IMG/VR virus record: IMGVR_UViG_3300021387_000681
Coordinates: 27,273-91,272 of that record
Source of the DNA: a virus
Lineage: Duplodnaviria > Caudoviricetes
Reading direction: 5' to 3' (one strand)
DNA length: 64,000 bases
Shown here in pieces: positions 19,333 through 29,600 of the stretch. Numbering within the stretch: position 1 is the stretch's first letter; each line of letters opens with the position of its first letter. A program made the position numbers and the translations under genes. The notes beneath the pieces were generated by a model. The model saw nothing but the letters and a program-made list of their open reading frames with translations, was not told where the DNA came from and ran no database searches.

Positions 19333-20331
19333 TTAAACTGTTAATAAATAATTACCTACTCTTTCAATCTTGTTAGCCTTATCCCCGTAGAGAAGACTAT
19401 CAAATCGTTTCTCACCAGATACATTGTCAACATTTGAATAATATCCAGTAACAGCATTATATACACCCCAGGCTGTACCTCTAATATCATCTTGAGCTAT
19501 ACCACCATGATAGTAGCTATTCATATCAGTTATAATATTAACTTTCTTTGTGCTAATATTAGCATCTTGCATAGCATTATAATCTCTATGTACTATTTGT
19601 TTAATAGTATGTCCTGTAGTAAATAAATCATCAATTTCTTTATCTGATAAAATAAGTCTAGCAAAAGCCTCAGAAGCTTGATCATCAGTCATTTTCTTTT
19701 TAGCAAGTTGTTCCCAAGTGTTTTTCAAAGCAGATATTTTTACTTTACTAATTCCGAGAATATCACTTGCTAAATCTAAATTACTATGAACACTCTGAGT
19801 ATGCCTAAAACTTATATATTTATCAGCACCTTTAATTGCAGCATTAAGACAATTAGTACAAAATATTCTAACTGGAGTTAGCATAATTTTAAGTCCTGTA
19901 CTGCCATCATGACTATTCATAATAACAAGATAATTATCAACAGGGTCTCCATCAACAAGTATTGTATCTGGTAATTTAGCAGCAACAAATACTCTTTCTC
20001 CATATCCTAAACTTCCAGCTGTATACCATATAGCTTTATCTTTACCTATAGCATTATCAAAGAAATTAAAAGCATCAATATTTTGAACTGGGGTGTATCT
20101 TCCTTTTACTATACCTAATGGTTGTCCAATATCAGTACGATATGTAGCATAAGCATTAGGTACTTGTTTATATTTTTGAATTAAATCATCTTTAGTGGTC
20201 ATTTGGCCATATACTTCACACTTTGCGACTGACCAATTCAATTTAGCTTTTTCCATTACTTGAGCTGCTGTAGTACAATCTCCAACTGCAACAGTTCCTG
20301 GAAACGTAAATGGTAATCCTTTTTGTGTCAT
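19333..20331 (-). CDS. DUF932 domain protein
   Basis: LGIVKGRYTPVQN, NSHDGS, TPVRIFCTN, RHT and GTAWGVYNAVT motifs. Confidence 0.9.
   Translation of the reverse strand: MTQKGLPFTFPGTVAVGDCTTAAQVMEKAKLNWSVAKCEVYGQMTTKDDLIQKYKQVPNAYATYRTDIGQPLGIVKGRYTPVQNIDAFNFFDNAIGKDKAIWYTAGSLGYGERVFVAAKLPDTILVDGDPVDNYLVIMNSHDGSTGLKIMLTPVRIFCTNCLNAAIKGADKYISFRHTQSVHSNLDLASDILGISKVKISALKNTWEQLAKKKMTDDQASEAFARLILSDKEIDDLFTTGHTIKQIVHRDYNAMQDANISTKKVNIITDMNSYYHGGIAQDDIRGTAWGVYNAVTGYYSNVDNVSGEKRFDSLLYGDKANKIERVGNYLLTV
19382..19395 (+). repeat. Dispersed CCCCGTA motif copy 7 (in CDS)
   Basis: TCCCCGTAGAGAAG. Confidence 0.85.
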
Positions 20332-21014
20332 TTGTATAACTTGTTTCTTATATTATAATAAACATCTTGTGCTTCTTCATAATGATAATCATAAATATCT
20401 AAAAGTTCTTTTAGTGCTTTAGATTTATGGTCTACTGCAAATATAATTTCATTTTTAACTACATTATTTATCATAGTTACAGGAATTTCTTTTCTAATTA
20501 GTTCAGGTTCCAAATAAGTTTCAGAAGGATATTTTCTAAAACTATCAATTACAATATATTCTTTATTTATTATACCTCCTTTATTTATAAATAATTGTAT
20601 ATGATCTCCATTAAATCTAGAAGTAGGATTTGTATGCTTAACAAATAGATTATCAGTAATAGTATATTCATTAGTTACTAATATTTTATATGGTCTAAGA
20701 TTAATAAGTTTCTTATTACCATTTTTATCAGTAAATTTAATTAATTCTTTGCATCTATTACATATAAATCTTTCTCCATCCATTGTATACCAATTATCAT
20801 CTAGCATATTTATTGGGCTAAGTCTAAATCCATGTTTTATATAATCATGAAGAAATTCAGCAAATATAAATAGTTCATCATTATTAATTATCTTAGTTTT
20901 CCCTTCTAGTTGTTTAGCAAACTTTTCTATAGCCTTAAAATAATTGTGATTGTCTTTATAATAACTTCGGGCTAATTCAACTTCAGCCCGAAGTCTATCA
21001 ATAGCTTCACTCAT
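20328..21014 (-). CDS. Hypothetical protein
   Basis: 228-aa ORF translationally coupled to its neighbours. Confidence 0.7.
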   Translation of the reverse strand: MSEAIDRLRAEVELARSYYKDNHNYFKAIEKFAKQLEGKTKIINNDELFIFAEFLHDYIKHGFRLSPINMLDDNWYTMDGERFICNRCKELIKFTDKNGNKKLINLRPYKILVTNEYTITDNLFVKHTNPTSRFNGDHIQLFINKGGIINKEYIVIDSFRKYPSETYLEPELIRKEIPVTMINNVVKNEIIFAVDHKSKALKELLDIYDYHYEEAQDVYYNIRNKLYK

Positions 21015-21760
21015 TACTTAATAGTTAATGATTTATTTTCTTCAATATGAGCAACAGATAAATCCGGATTAAAAGATTCTATATATTGCTTAGTTTCAGA
21101 TTTATTTATACTAGCATCTATATGACCAAATACATCATCACCAAATGCTTCAAGATATTTAATATCATTTTTTACTAAGTCTTTAACAGAATTTTCTTTA
21201 CTAATATTTATTTTAATGTTAGATAAGTCTGATAAAGTATAAGGAACAAAGTCGTCAGGATTTTCTAATTCAGATTTAATTCCTGCATTAATAACATCAA
21301 TCATTCCTTGAAAATCAACATCATCATCTATATCCAACATTCCATTCTTTTGCATTTCTACTATAAATTCTGCAAAAGCTAATTTAAACGCATTGATTCT
21401 ATCTTCATTTACAACTACAGATTTACTTTTTCTAGAACTAATTCTAAATGTACCAGTTTCTATAAATTTTCCATCAGTTCCAAACATTTCTACTGCTTCA
21501 AGCATCATTTTCTTAAGTCTTTCTATTCTATTTTCATATACTTTACGTCTAGCACGAATTCTTTTTTCTTCCTCTTTACAGTTATCTACGAAAGACTCAA
21601 AAGTTTTAACTGCTTTAGCATATTTGTCTAATTTATCTCTAAAATTCTTTTCTGTAACTGCAAGATATTGTTCTTGTTCTGGAGTAATTTCTCCTTCTTG
21701 ATCTTCAATTGCTTGAAATACTCCAAGTAATTGTTCTTCTATATCATATAAACTAAGCAT
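21014..21760 (-). CDS. Siphovirus Gp157-family protein
   Basis: MLSLYDI start, coiled coil, EEEKRI..RRK..ENRIERLK..M, F.IS.RKSKSV, C-terminal ENKSLTIK. Confidence 0.85.
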   Translation of the reverse strand: MLSLYDIEEQLLGVFQAIEDQEGEITPEQEQYLAVTEKNFRDKLDKYAKAVKTFESFVDNCKEEEKRIRARRKVYENRIERLKKMMLEAVEMFGTDGKFIETGTFRISSRKSKSVVVNEDRINAFKLAFAEFIVEMQKNGMLDIDDDVDFQGMIDVINAGIKSELENPDDFVPYTLSDLSNIKINISKENSVKDLVKNDIKYLEAFGDDVFGHIDASINKSETKQYIESFNPDLSVAHIEENKSLTIK

Positions 21761-21959
21761 GATAAATAAAATTTAATCTATTAATATCTAATTTTTTATT
21801 ACTAGTCATATAATGAATTTCATCTAAATTATAATTTAAATTAAAATCCAATATAGCTTCAATTTCTTCATTAGATAGAAAATCTCTAACATGGTCTATT
21901 TCAACTTGATCTATTCTACATTTAGAATAATCAAATATATAAACATAAGTAGTATTCAT
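21753..21959 (-). CDS. Hypothetical protein
   Basis: 68-aa coupled ORF. Confidence 0.6.
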   Translation of the reverse strand: MNTTYVYIFDYSKCRIDQVEIDHVRDFLSNEEIEAILDFNLNYNLDEIHYMTSNKKLDINRLNFIYHA

Positions 21960-22147
21960 TGTTTTCTATAATACCATTGAACATTTTCACTATTAACAGT
22001 AGTACTATATTTAATAACCTTTATCTTACCACAACAAGTACATCTGCTAACTATTGCTTTTCCAACTGGTTCATCAAAACATTTAATATCTTCTTCTTTT
22101 ATAACTTCATATTTATGAAGTCCAAGCCAACATAATAATCTTTTCAT
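21956..22147 (-). CDS. Small Cys/His protein (DUF1660-like)
   Basis: LLCWLGLHKY...CTCCGK. Confidence 0.6.
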   Translation of the reverse strand: MKRLLCWLGLHKYEVIKEEDIKCFDEPVGKAIVSRCTCCGKIKVIKYSTTVNSENVQWYYRKQ

Positions 22148-22174
22148 ATTAAATTAATTTAGTTAAACAATGCT

Positions 22175-22834
22175 TCAATATAATAATTCATCTTCTTCAC
22201 GATTAGACTTCTTACCTTTATTTTCAATCAGATATTTATGTAATCTATCAGCAGCATCTTTAGGAGTATGGCCATCCCATTCATCTGCTACTTCCTTTTC
22301 TGGAATTTGAAACAAATCCCAATCTTTTAGTTCATAATGATTACTAATTTGTCCTGTAGGAAGATTAGCCATAACAATAAACCATCCACCACCAAAACAT
22401 TCCTCATCATCATGATGTTTCTTACTTTTATGTACCCATTCCTTTGGCAGTAGATTAAAGAAAGCAGCATTATAAAGCATACGATAATAATAAAGTTCAT
22501 TAAAAGTATGATAACCATCAGATATTTCTCCTTTATCTTCAGGTTCTTTTTGTTTTTCAAGCCAATTAAGAACATCATCTATAGGAAATCCCCCAAAATT
22601 ATCACACCCATAGTCATCTTTCATTTCTTTTACAACTTCTATTATGGCTTCAGGCATTATAGCATCTTCAATCTTTTTAAGTTCTGGAAAGATATTAGTA
22701 AGAGTATTCTTAAAACATTCTACTCCTATTTTAGAACCATTACACAAATCTTGTGCAGTTTCATAGTTTTTCTTTGCTATTTCTAAAGCCTCGTCGTAGG
22801 CTTTTGCTTTTTGTTCTATAGTAAGTTCTTTCAT
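22175..22834 (-). CDS. WDGH-domain protein with an N-terminal extension
   Basis: SDGYHTFNELY..R, KSKKHHD, GWFIV, GQISNHY, WDGHT. Confidence 0.7.
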   Translation of the reverse strand: MKELTIEQKAKAYDEALEIAKKNYETAQDLCNGSKIGVECFKNTLTNIFPELKKIEDAIMPEAIIEVVKEMKDDYGCDNFGGFPIDDVLNWLEKQKEPEDKGEISDGYHTFNELYYYRMLYNAAFFNLLPKEWVHKSKKHHDDEECFGGGWFIVMANLPTGQISNHYELKDWDLFQIPEKEVADEWDGHTPKDAADRLHKYLIENKGKKSNREEDELLY

Positions 22835-22852
22835 AATTACAATAATTTAAAT

Positions 22853-23080
22853 TCATTCTTTTACAGGTGCAATAGTTGTTACACTTTTAGATGATTTTCT
22901 TCTAATCATTTCGCCTTTATCATTTCTTAATAATTCTCCTTGATCTTTAAGTGTATTAAGAAGTTCATTAGGAAACAGTTCATCTGGTATATCAACAATA
23001 TATGCTTCATAAGCAGAATTTACACCCATGTAAAATTCTTCAACACATGGTATATTACAAATATGGAAGCTAAGTTTCAT
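22853..23080 (-). CDS. Hypothetical protein
   Basis: Short ORF within the operon. Confidence 0.55.
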   Translation of the reverse strand: MKLSFHICNIPCVEEFYMGVNSAYEAYIVDIPDELFPNELLNTLKDQGELLRNDKGEMIRRKSSKSVTTIAPVKE

Positions 23081-23450
23081 AATCTTCATCTCCTTTCAAA
23101 TAATCCTCAATGCAAGCACCAATCCAACCTATAAGATAAGCATATGCTTCTTCTGTTGCATCACAAAAAGGAACATTAAGACCTACGTCAAGCATCATTC
23201 TTACAGCATGTAAAGATTCATGTAGTATTGTTCTAAAAGTAGGTCTTCCATTAAAAATTATTCCAACTGCCATTGCATAATAATCACTTGTTCTTCTTGT
23301 TAAAAACAGTGTTTTTGCTTTTACAGTAGGATCATATTTAATTTCATTATCTTCATTTGGTGCAGCATTAAAGTATTCTTTATTAACACTTTCTGCATCA
23401 TAAGAAAGAACTAAAGCTATTGGATAAATATCATTTTCATAGTATTTCAT
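23070..23450 (-). CDS. Small zincin-like metallopeptidase
   Basis: HESLH followed by EEAYAYL. Confidence 0.7.
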   Translation of the reverse strand: MKYYENDIYPIALVLSYDAESVNKEYFNAAPNEDNEIKYDPTVKAKTLFLTRRTSDYYAMAVGIIFNGRPTFRTILHESLHAVRMMLDVGLNVPFCDATEEAYAYLIGWIGACIEDYLKGDEDYET

Positions 23451-23453
23451 AAT

Positions 23454-23558
23454 TCAATTTTTATTTTTCTTTTCAATACAAATACTTATAATAATATAAA
23501 TAATTCCAATTAATAATATAGATAAACCAATTATATCTTTAAAATCAATTATAATCAT
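23454..23558 (-). CDS. Small membrane protein (34 aa, not in the ORF track)
   Basis: MIIIDFKDIIGLSILLIGIIYIIISICIEKKNKN; fills the intergenic gap. Confidence 0.5.
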   Translation of the reverse strand: MIIIDFKDIIGLSILLIGIIYIIISICIEKKNKN

Positions 23559-23572
23559 ATTTTAATATTTTC

Positions 23573-24418
23573 TTATTTAAAATTATATCCTTCAGATTCT
23601 AATATTTCTTTAACTTTTCCAATAACTTCAACACAATTTGGATGAGGTTTTCCAGTTTTACCAAAATATCTTTTGTCTATAATCTCTCTCCATTCTTGTA
23701 TTGTATATGTATATACAACATGAGTACAAGTATCTAATGGTAATACTCCTCTTGCATCTTCTTTTGGTAAATTATTTTTAATTAAATAATTATAATCATT
23801 AAATCCTTTTTCACAGCTATCATAATAATTTTTTCTTACGCTATGAAGTTCAAGATGATTACGTATATAATTAAAATCACACCACCAAGGTCTACATAGA
23901 GTTCCTTCTTCTACATATCTTGTACTTTCTTCTAGAATATTATTAGGACTAACTCTGTTAAGTTCTCTAGTTGTACTTATTTGAGTTTGTATATAAAAAG
24001 TATATCTAAATATATTTTTATGTATAGTTTGAATATTAAAAGCTTCTATTTCATCAATTTCATATTGTTTTAATTCTTCAAATAATTCACTTGCTTCATA
24101 ATATTGTTGCATATTTACAGCAATAAACATATAATTACTGTCGCATACATATTTAACATAATGAAGTCTATCCATTATATTACTAATCTCTACAAATGCC
24201 ATATATTCATTAGAATATATATTTTTAGGTATAGGTATTTTGTAGTATTTAGTACCATGTCTTAATATACTTTTATGACCTTGTTTTATTCTAGCTTTTA
24301 TAAATTCCTCAGAATTAACTTCTCTATCACTTCTATAACAAACTTGAGCACATCTTGTAATATGGTCGTTAATATTAACTTGACACCATAATTCTACTTT
24401 TGGTTCTACAATCTTCAT
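23573..24418 (-). CDS. thyX: Flavin-dependent thymidylate synthase
   Basis: CAQVCYRS, GHKSILRH, RELNR...ESTRY, EDARGVLP, PHP. Confidence 0.9.
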   Translation of the reverse strand: MKIVEPKVELWCQVNINDHITRCAQVCYRSDREVNSEEFIKARIKQGHKSILRHGTKYYKIPIPKNIYSNEYMAFVEISNIMDRLHYVKYVCDSNYMFIAVNMQQYYEASELFEELKQYEIDEIEAFNIQTIHKNIFRYTFYIQTQISTTRELNRVSPNNILEESTRYVEEGTLCRPWWCDFNYIRNHLELHSVRKNYYDSCEKGFNDYNYLIKNNLPKEDARGVLPLDTCTHVVYTYTIQEWREIIDKRYFGKTGKPHPNCVEVIGKVKEILESEGYNFK

Positions 24419-25131
24419 AATTCATTTTGTATTATATTTAACACCTGGTAATAAAGATTCATTAAAGTTTTATTATTCTTTATATGAATATCATATTCGA
24501 AATCTATACATTCACTTTCATGAGGATCTGTCTGTTCACCTCTATCAACGTATATGATTTTTCCCTCATTAATATGAATAAAATTGGCTTCATTTTGAAA
24601 TCTTACATCAGGTATTATACAATATCCATAATTTTCTATTATTTTACTAACTCTTTTTCTAGTAGAGTCAATCCAAACAGACTTATATAATTGATATCTA
24701 CCTATAGTAGTTCCAACATACTGCATTAAATGTCTTATATAAAAACAATTTCTACTAGGTTTTAGTACAAAACTTAAACCATTTTCTATCATATCATCAA
24801 TAGATATAATATTATAATTCCCTCTTTCACAATCAATCTTAGTCATAAACAATCCACTATCACAACAGTATAAAGTTTTATCTTTACGAAATTCATCATC
24901 TAAATAATCTCTAGGTATATTAAATAATGCAGAAATAACATCTTTAACTGGATCAGCAAAATGAGTTATTCTTAACTTTCTAATAGATGTATTAGATGTA
25001 TCAAATTGGGTATCAACCCAATCATTAAAACTTCTAGTTATACCATTACTTATAATAAACGATATTATATTAGCAACAGTATCTTTGCCAGAATGTTTAT
25101 GTCCACAAATTCCAATAAGTCTTGTTTTCAT
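24415..25131 (-). CDS. Deoxynucleoside monophosphate kinase
   Basis: P-loop GHKHSGKDT, FADPVK, R.LMQYVGT, PDVRFQNE, HESE. Confidence 0.9.
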   Translation of the reverse strand: MKTRLIGICGHKHSGKDTVANIISFIISNGITRSFNDWVDTQFDTSNTSIRKLRITHFADPVKDVISALFNIPRDYLDDEFRKDKTLYCCDSGLFMTKIDCERGNYNIISIDDMIENGLSFVLKPSRNCFYIRHLMQYVGTTIGRYQLYKSVWIDSTRKRVSKIIENYGYCIIPDVRFQNEANFIHINEGKIIYVDRGEQTDPHESECIDFEYDIHIKNNKTLMNLYYQVLNIIQNEL

Positions 25132-25370
25132 TTTATTAAGTTTAATGCTATAAAGTTTTTAATTTCATCTATATTTTCATTACACTGTCTTTTTATTTCT
25201 TCTACAATAGCTAAAATTATAGCATCTTTAACTTTATTTCCAGTTTCTTGAACACAAAAATGTTTTTTAAAATCTTCAAGAAATACAACCAAATCACTAT
25301 AAACAATACATCTATCAACTCTACTATAATCAGTTTCTTCAATACGTTGTAAAATATCTGTAATATTCAT
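25128..25370 (-). CDS. Hypothetical protein
   Basis: 80-aa ORF downstream of a promoter. Confidence 0.6.
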   Translation of the reverse strand: MNITDILQRIEETDYSRVDRCIVYSDLVVFLEDFKKHFCVQETGNKVKDAIILAIVEEIKRQCNENIDEIKNFIALNLIK

Positions 25371-25395
25371 ATAATTTTATATATTATTTACTTTG

Positions 25396-25427
25396 CAAAT
25401 ATATAATATTTTTCTGAAATATGCAAA
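25396..25427 (-). promoter_or_regulatory. Bacteroidota primary-sigma promoter
   Basis: TTTG-N20-TATATTTG on the minus strand. Confidence 0.75.
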
Positions 25428-25534
25428 ATAAAATAAAGCTAAAATTAGCTATCTAACAATATTTAACATATTGCACGTGTATTACTCATTTGTGGAAAAA
25501 TTATTACTGAGATAGCTAAAATTAGCTTTATATC

Positions 25535-25888
25535 TTATTCTACTGAATATACATCATAATTATTTATCGTTTCTACATATTCAATATTAAAATTACCACT
25601 ATCAATATCATAATATTCAATAAGCCAATCTTTAAATTCATCACTTACACTTAATCTATATTTTCCAAAATCATCTTTATGACATTTAAAAGCTGTATCA
25701 CAAAACTTTTCTTTACTAAAAAGTAAATAATAATCATAACATCCGGTTTCATTATTAAACAATTTAGCTTGACACCACCAATTATAATTACCTTTTAGTT
25801 TAAAAATAAAAAGACCCTTCTTTTTATCAAAGAAAGGTCTATTTTTATTTGTATGTTTTCCTATAATTTCATATCTATATACTTCCAT
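25535..25888 (-). CDS. Hypothetical protein
   Basis: 117-aa ORF. Confidence 0.65.
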   Translation of the reverse strand: MEVYRYEIIGKHTNKNRPFFDKKKGLFIFKLKGNYNWWCQAKLFNNETGCYDYYLLFSKEKFCDTAFKCHKDDFGKYRLSVSDEFKDWLIEYYDIDSGNFNIEYVETINNYDVYSVE

Positions 25889-27115
25889 TTATTTTTCATA
25901 TAATCTAACTTCTTTTACATGAAATGGTAAATAATTAACTCCGCTACGTTCACCAAATGTAATAAATAATTTTCTTCCAATATATTTATCTTTATTTATT
26001 AGATATTTAGATTGGTCTGCTAAAGTACCATTTATATGAACTTCAAAAACACTATCATTAATATCATTTTTACACAAGAACAACGGAACATCTTTTCTAG
26101 CGGTTCCCTCAGGATATATATCTATTATTTCAAATACTCCATCAACACTTCTTTTAAATTTAATCATAGAAGAATTACGTTTTCCAAATTGATATTCAGC
26201 TGAAGGATCTCTCATTATAAGTCCTTCAAATCCCATTTTAATAAATTTATCTCTATACATAACAGCTTGGTCTTCACTTTCAACATCATAAGTTGGAAGA
26301 ATAACAAATCTACTACAAGTACCTAAATGAGATATTTTAGAATCAGCATCAGAAATAAATTCTTCAAATAAATCAGTTAATAAATTAATTCTAGAATATT
26401 GAATTATATCTTCTACTGCAATATCATAACACCAAAATTGCAATATTTTATTACCTCTAGAATTAGGATCTTTAACAAAATGATTTATTTCATTAACTGA
26501 ATATCCTGGAGCATAAAGCTCTCCATCAAGAACTAAATGCTCTTCATACATTCTATCTAAAACTTTATTATCAATCTTTTCTAAAAGATATTCTTCTAGA
26601 TTACTAAGACTATTCCATAAAGTACCTTCTCTAGATTGGAATATTAGCTTATAAGGTTTAAATAAATCTTCTTCATTCTTTTCTACTTTAATAAAACAAC
26701 GAAGTCCATTTATTTTCCATTGACCTATATAAGTATAGCGTCTTTTAAATATTTTATTATTTGTATTATCAAATACTTTTGCTAGCATAGCAAGTAATCT
26801 ACCATCAACTGTAGTTCTATTATTAGGTAGATAAGTAGTGAGCCAATTAATCAATTCTCCCTCTACGGGGAGGGTTTGAGCATCTCTAATTTCACTCAAA
26901 TATTTATAACCTTGTTTTTGTTTTGCTTTAGCTCTACTGTTACATTCTTCTTTTGGAATACGATCAACTGGAGTTATCTCATGTTTAATCTTTTTACCAA
27001 GAATACCATAATATACTTCAATATTCACATCATCAAATGGCATAGCAATCCAAACGCAGGGTTCACCATAATTATTTTTTCTGTATAGAGCTAACTGATA
27101 CGGAAACTTCAGCAT
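25889..27115 (-). CDS. ATP-dependent DNA ligase
   Basis: KINGLR (KxDG-like), LDGELY, YDI, EGLIMR, KFK, OB-fold C-terminus. Confidence 0.92.
   Translation of the reverse strand: MLKFPYQLALYRKNNYGEPCVWIAMPFDDVNIEVYYGILGKKIKHEITPVDRIPKEECNSRAKAKQKQGYKYLSEIRDAQTLPVEGELINWLTTYLPNNRTTVDGRLLAMLAKVFDNTNNKIFKRRYTYIGQWKINGLRCFIKVEKNEEDLFKPYKLIFQSREGTLWNSLSNLEEYLLEKIDNKVLDRMYEEHLVLDGELYAPGYSVNEINHFVKDPNSRGNKILQFWCYDIAVEDIIQYSRINLLTDLFEEFISDADSKISHLGTCSRFVILPTYDVESEDQAVMYRDKFIKMGFEGLIMRDPSAEYQFGKRNSSMIKFKRSVDGVFEIIDIYPEGTARKDVPLFLCKNDINDSVFEVHINGTLADQSKYLINKDKYIGRKLFITFGERSGVNYLPFHVKEVRLYEK
26857..26872 (-). repeat. Dispersed CCCCGTA motif copy 8 (in ligase CDS)
   Basis: CTCCCTCTACGGGGAG. Confidence 0.9.
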
Positions 27116-27371
27116 CTTTATTTGGTTTTAAAATATAACTAGCTTTCTTAAACTTTTTCCAATATTTACTATTTACAACAAAGCATCCGAAATCACCATA
27201 CCTACTACGATGACCAAATATATATTTAATAGCATGAACTATTCTTACATACCATGGATACTCATTATTTAAATGAACATTTATATAAATTTCTTTTTCT
27301 TCTTCATTATAAGTCCATATCATAATATGCTCCATATCACAACATGAACATAATATTAAATCATCTTTCAT
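27072..27371 (-). CDS. Hypothetical protein
   Basis: CSCC..EH; RI..AIKYIFG..SRYG motif seen in phage proteins. Confidence 0.65.
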   Translation of the reverse strand: MKDDLILCSCCDMEHIMIWTYNEEEKEIYINVHLNNEYPWYVRIVHAIKYIFGHRSRYGDFGCFVVNSKYWKKFKKASYILKPNKDAEVSVSVSSIQKK

Positions 27372-27940
27372 TTCTTTTTAAAACTAAATGTCATATTATC
27401 AAGAGAAACAACTTTTGTTTTCTTACGTTTAGCATTAAGAGTTTCTAATAGATTTGGATCATCACTTTGTATTACTTCACCAGTTTTAGAATTAGTATAA
27501 ATATATGTTAGATTACCAAATATATCATATTGTTTTTCTTGATAAAATTTATTTTTTGTTTTACTACTTTTCTTTTTAGTTGGCTTTATATTCCTAAATT
27601 TAGCAGCTTCTTTTTCATTTTCATATATTACAATATTTTCCTTATGAACATTAATAATTTTTCTAATAATTTTATTAAACACAAAGGGATTAGTAATCCT
27701 AAGTATATAATATAATATCGGAATAATGAAATTTTTTTCATAAGAAAAACTTGTATAATCTGTTTCATGATTAAGACCTTTAAGTTTGGCACTATGCCAA
27801 TCTAATACACTATCTATAGAATTGTTTCTAAATTTAGAAATAATGGTTTTCCAATCATCGTAGGTTATCCTATCTGTATTACATTTTATATAATCTTCTT
27901 CATTACTTATAGGATTTAGAAATGATATTGAAAATATCAT
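27368..27940 (-). CDS. Hypothetical protein
   Basis: 190-aa ORF. Confidence 0.65.
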   Translation of the reverse strand: MIFSISFLNPISNEEDYIKCNTDRITYDDWKTIISKFRNNSIDSVLDWHSAKLKGLNHETDYTSFSYEKNFIIPILYYILRITNPFVFNKIIRKIINVHKENIVIYENEKEAAKFRNIKPTKKKSSKTKNKFYQEKQYDIFGNLTYIYTNSKTGEVIQSDDPNLLETLNAKRKKTKVVSLDNMTFSFKKK

Positions 27941-28412
27941 AATAATTTCTAGGTTTAATTTTATAAATAATTATTTTCTTAGGTTTACCTATTAGACAAT
28001 GATTATATTTAAACCATTTAATATTATCCCAAGTATTAAACCACTTAAGCATTCCATCATCTCCAGTACTACAAATTCCTTTATTATAATCAAAATTAGA
28101 AGGCATCCAATTAGAAGATGGAAATACATCAGGATTACATATATCAAGTTCTTTTATAGTTTCATAGTCATCTTTATCATTAATATTAATATCTCCGTAT
28201 GCTAATATTTCTTTACCTTGACATATTATATTATTGTCTTTATAAAATATTGGCATTTTGCTAATATTTTCTTTAATACTTCTATCTATATTATGCTCAT
28301 CTTCTTCAGTTATTTTGTGCATCAGTATTATATAATTTTCTTTAGCTCCGTTATTAATACGGGATAATACTGCTATCTTTCTTATTTTTAATAAACTGTA
28401 TTCTTTTTTCAT
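27903..28412 (-). CDS. Hypothetical protein
   Basis: 169-aa ORF; start uncertain. Confidence 0.6.
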   Translation of the reverse strand: MKKEYSLLKIRKIAVLSRINNGAKENYIILMHKITEEDEHNIDRSIKENISKMPIFYKDNNIICQGKEILAYGDININDKDDYETIKELDICNPDVFPSSNWMPSNFDYNKGICSTGDDGMLKWFNTWDNIKWFKYNHCLIGKPKKIIIYKIKPRNYYDIFNIISKSYK

Positions 28413-29535
28413 CTACCCACATTAAAAATTGTGTTATTAAAGTAGCTAAAGACTTATTGTCTGTTATTTTAACAAGTTCACTAAAATCTTTTGCTTTATA
28501 AGTTTTAGGAATAATGAATGGAGTTATATTTAATTTATCACGAAGCCATTTAGCTTCTAACTTTCCAGTATTATCATTATCCATAAAACTAATCATAAAT
28601 CCATCTTTAGTTTTGGATTCTAACCAAACATATTCATTAGGTTTTAAATGATATGTTTCATGAGGAATATTGATTACACCAATGTTTATTTTTAAACCCT
28701 CCCCGTAAAGGGAATTATATCGTTTAATAGCACTGTTCATTGCAATTCTATCTTTTGTAGACTTAGTTATAATTATAACATCATAATCATTTCTTTCTAA
28801 TTGATATATTCCTTCAAGATGATTACAATTACAAATAAATCTAGTATATGATTTATCTCTATTTGGAAAATATAGTTTTATATTATATATTCCTTGTTTA
28901 TCTTGTCCAAGTATATAGCCATAGCAAGGATCATCTTCATCATAATTATATTTAGGTTGAGGATTAATTTTTCTATTTATATAAAATTGGTCAACAGGAA
29001 CTACAAAATTTATATTTAAATCTTTAAGAGTAATACCAAATTGACCCCAATAGTTTTCATCATCCTTATTCCAATTCCTGCTAACAATTTCTATTATATT
29101 TTTACTACTTTTAATCTTAGAAATAGAATTGTCAATGTCAGATAAAAGATTTATATCTTTTTCTTTTCCGTAAAATATATCTTTAAATACAAATGTAATA
29201 TGGGTTAGAATTTTAATAAAATCTTTTTTGTTATTAACATCAATAGGTTTATTATAATTGTAACTTATTATATAAGCTACTAAATCAAAACAATCTCCCC
29301 AAAAATATCCAGCAAAATCCCTAAATTTAAGTTTTCCTTTTTTATCATAACGAAAACCACAAGTAGGATGTATATCATTTCTTAATGGGGATTTTATTAA
29401 ATCTCCAGTATCTATACAATATTTAATTATTTTATCAGAAATATTTAGATAAGTACTAAAGATGGTAATTTGACTAACATTGGAAAGTATATAATCTTTA
29501 GTTAACTTACCATAATTTTTTATACTTCTACCCAT
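28354..29535 (-). CDS. DNA primase (crAss-type, DnaG/TOPRIM)
   Basis: SPLR.D.HPTC, FRDF, GDCFD, ITKSTKD, MDNDNTG, KDFSE. Confidence 0.85.
   Translation of the reverse strand: MGRSIKNYGKLTKDYILSNVSQITIFSTYLNISDKIIKYCIDTGDLIKSPLRNDIHPTCGFRYDKKGKLKFRDFAGYFWGDCFDLVAYIISYNYNKPIDVNNKKDFIKILTHITFVFKDIFYGKEKDINLLSDIDNSISKIKSSKNIIEIVSRNWNKDDENYWGQFGITLKDLNINFVVPVDQFYINRKINPQPKYNYDEDDPCYGYILGQDKQGIYNIKLYFPNRDKSYTRFICNCNHLEGIYQLERNDYDVIIITKSTKDRIAMNSAIKRYNSLYGEGLKINIGVINIPHETYHLKPNEYVWLESKTKDGFMISFMDNDNTGKLEAKWLRDKLNITPFIIPKTYKAKDFSELVKITDNKSLATLITQFLMWVDEKRIQFIKNKKDSSIIPY
28700..28713 (+). repeat. Dispersed CCCCGTA motif copy 9 (in primase CDS)
   Basis: TCCCCGTAAAGGGA. Confidence 0.9.
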
Positions 29536-29536
29536 A

Positions 29537-29586
29537 CAAATAAAAGTCCTAGATGATGATAATAGTTACCACCAACTAGGACTTTA
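29537..29586 (-). terminator. Intrinsic terminator
   Basis: AAAGTCCTAG...CTAGGACTTT stem with a T-rich tail on the minus strand. Confidence 0.75.
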
Positions 29587-29600
29587 TAATTAGTTAATTA

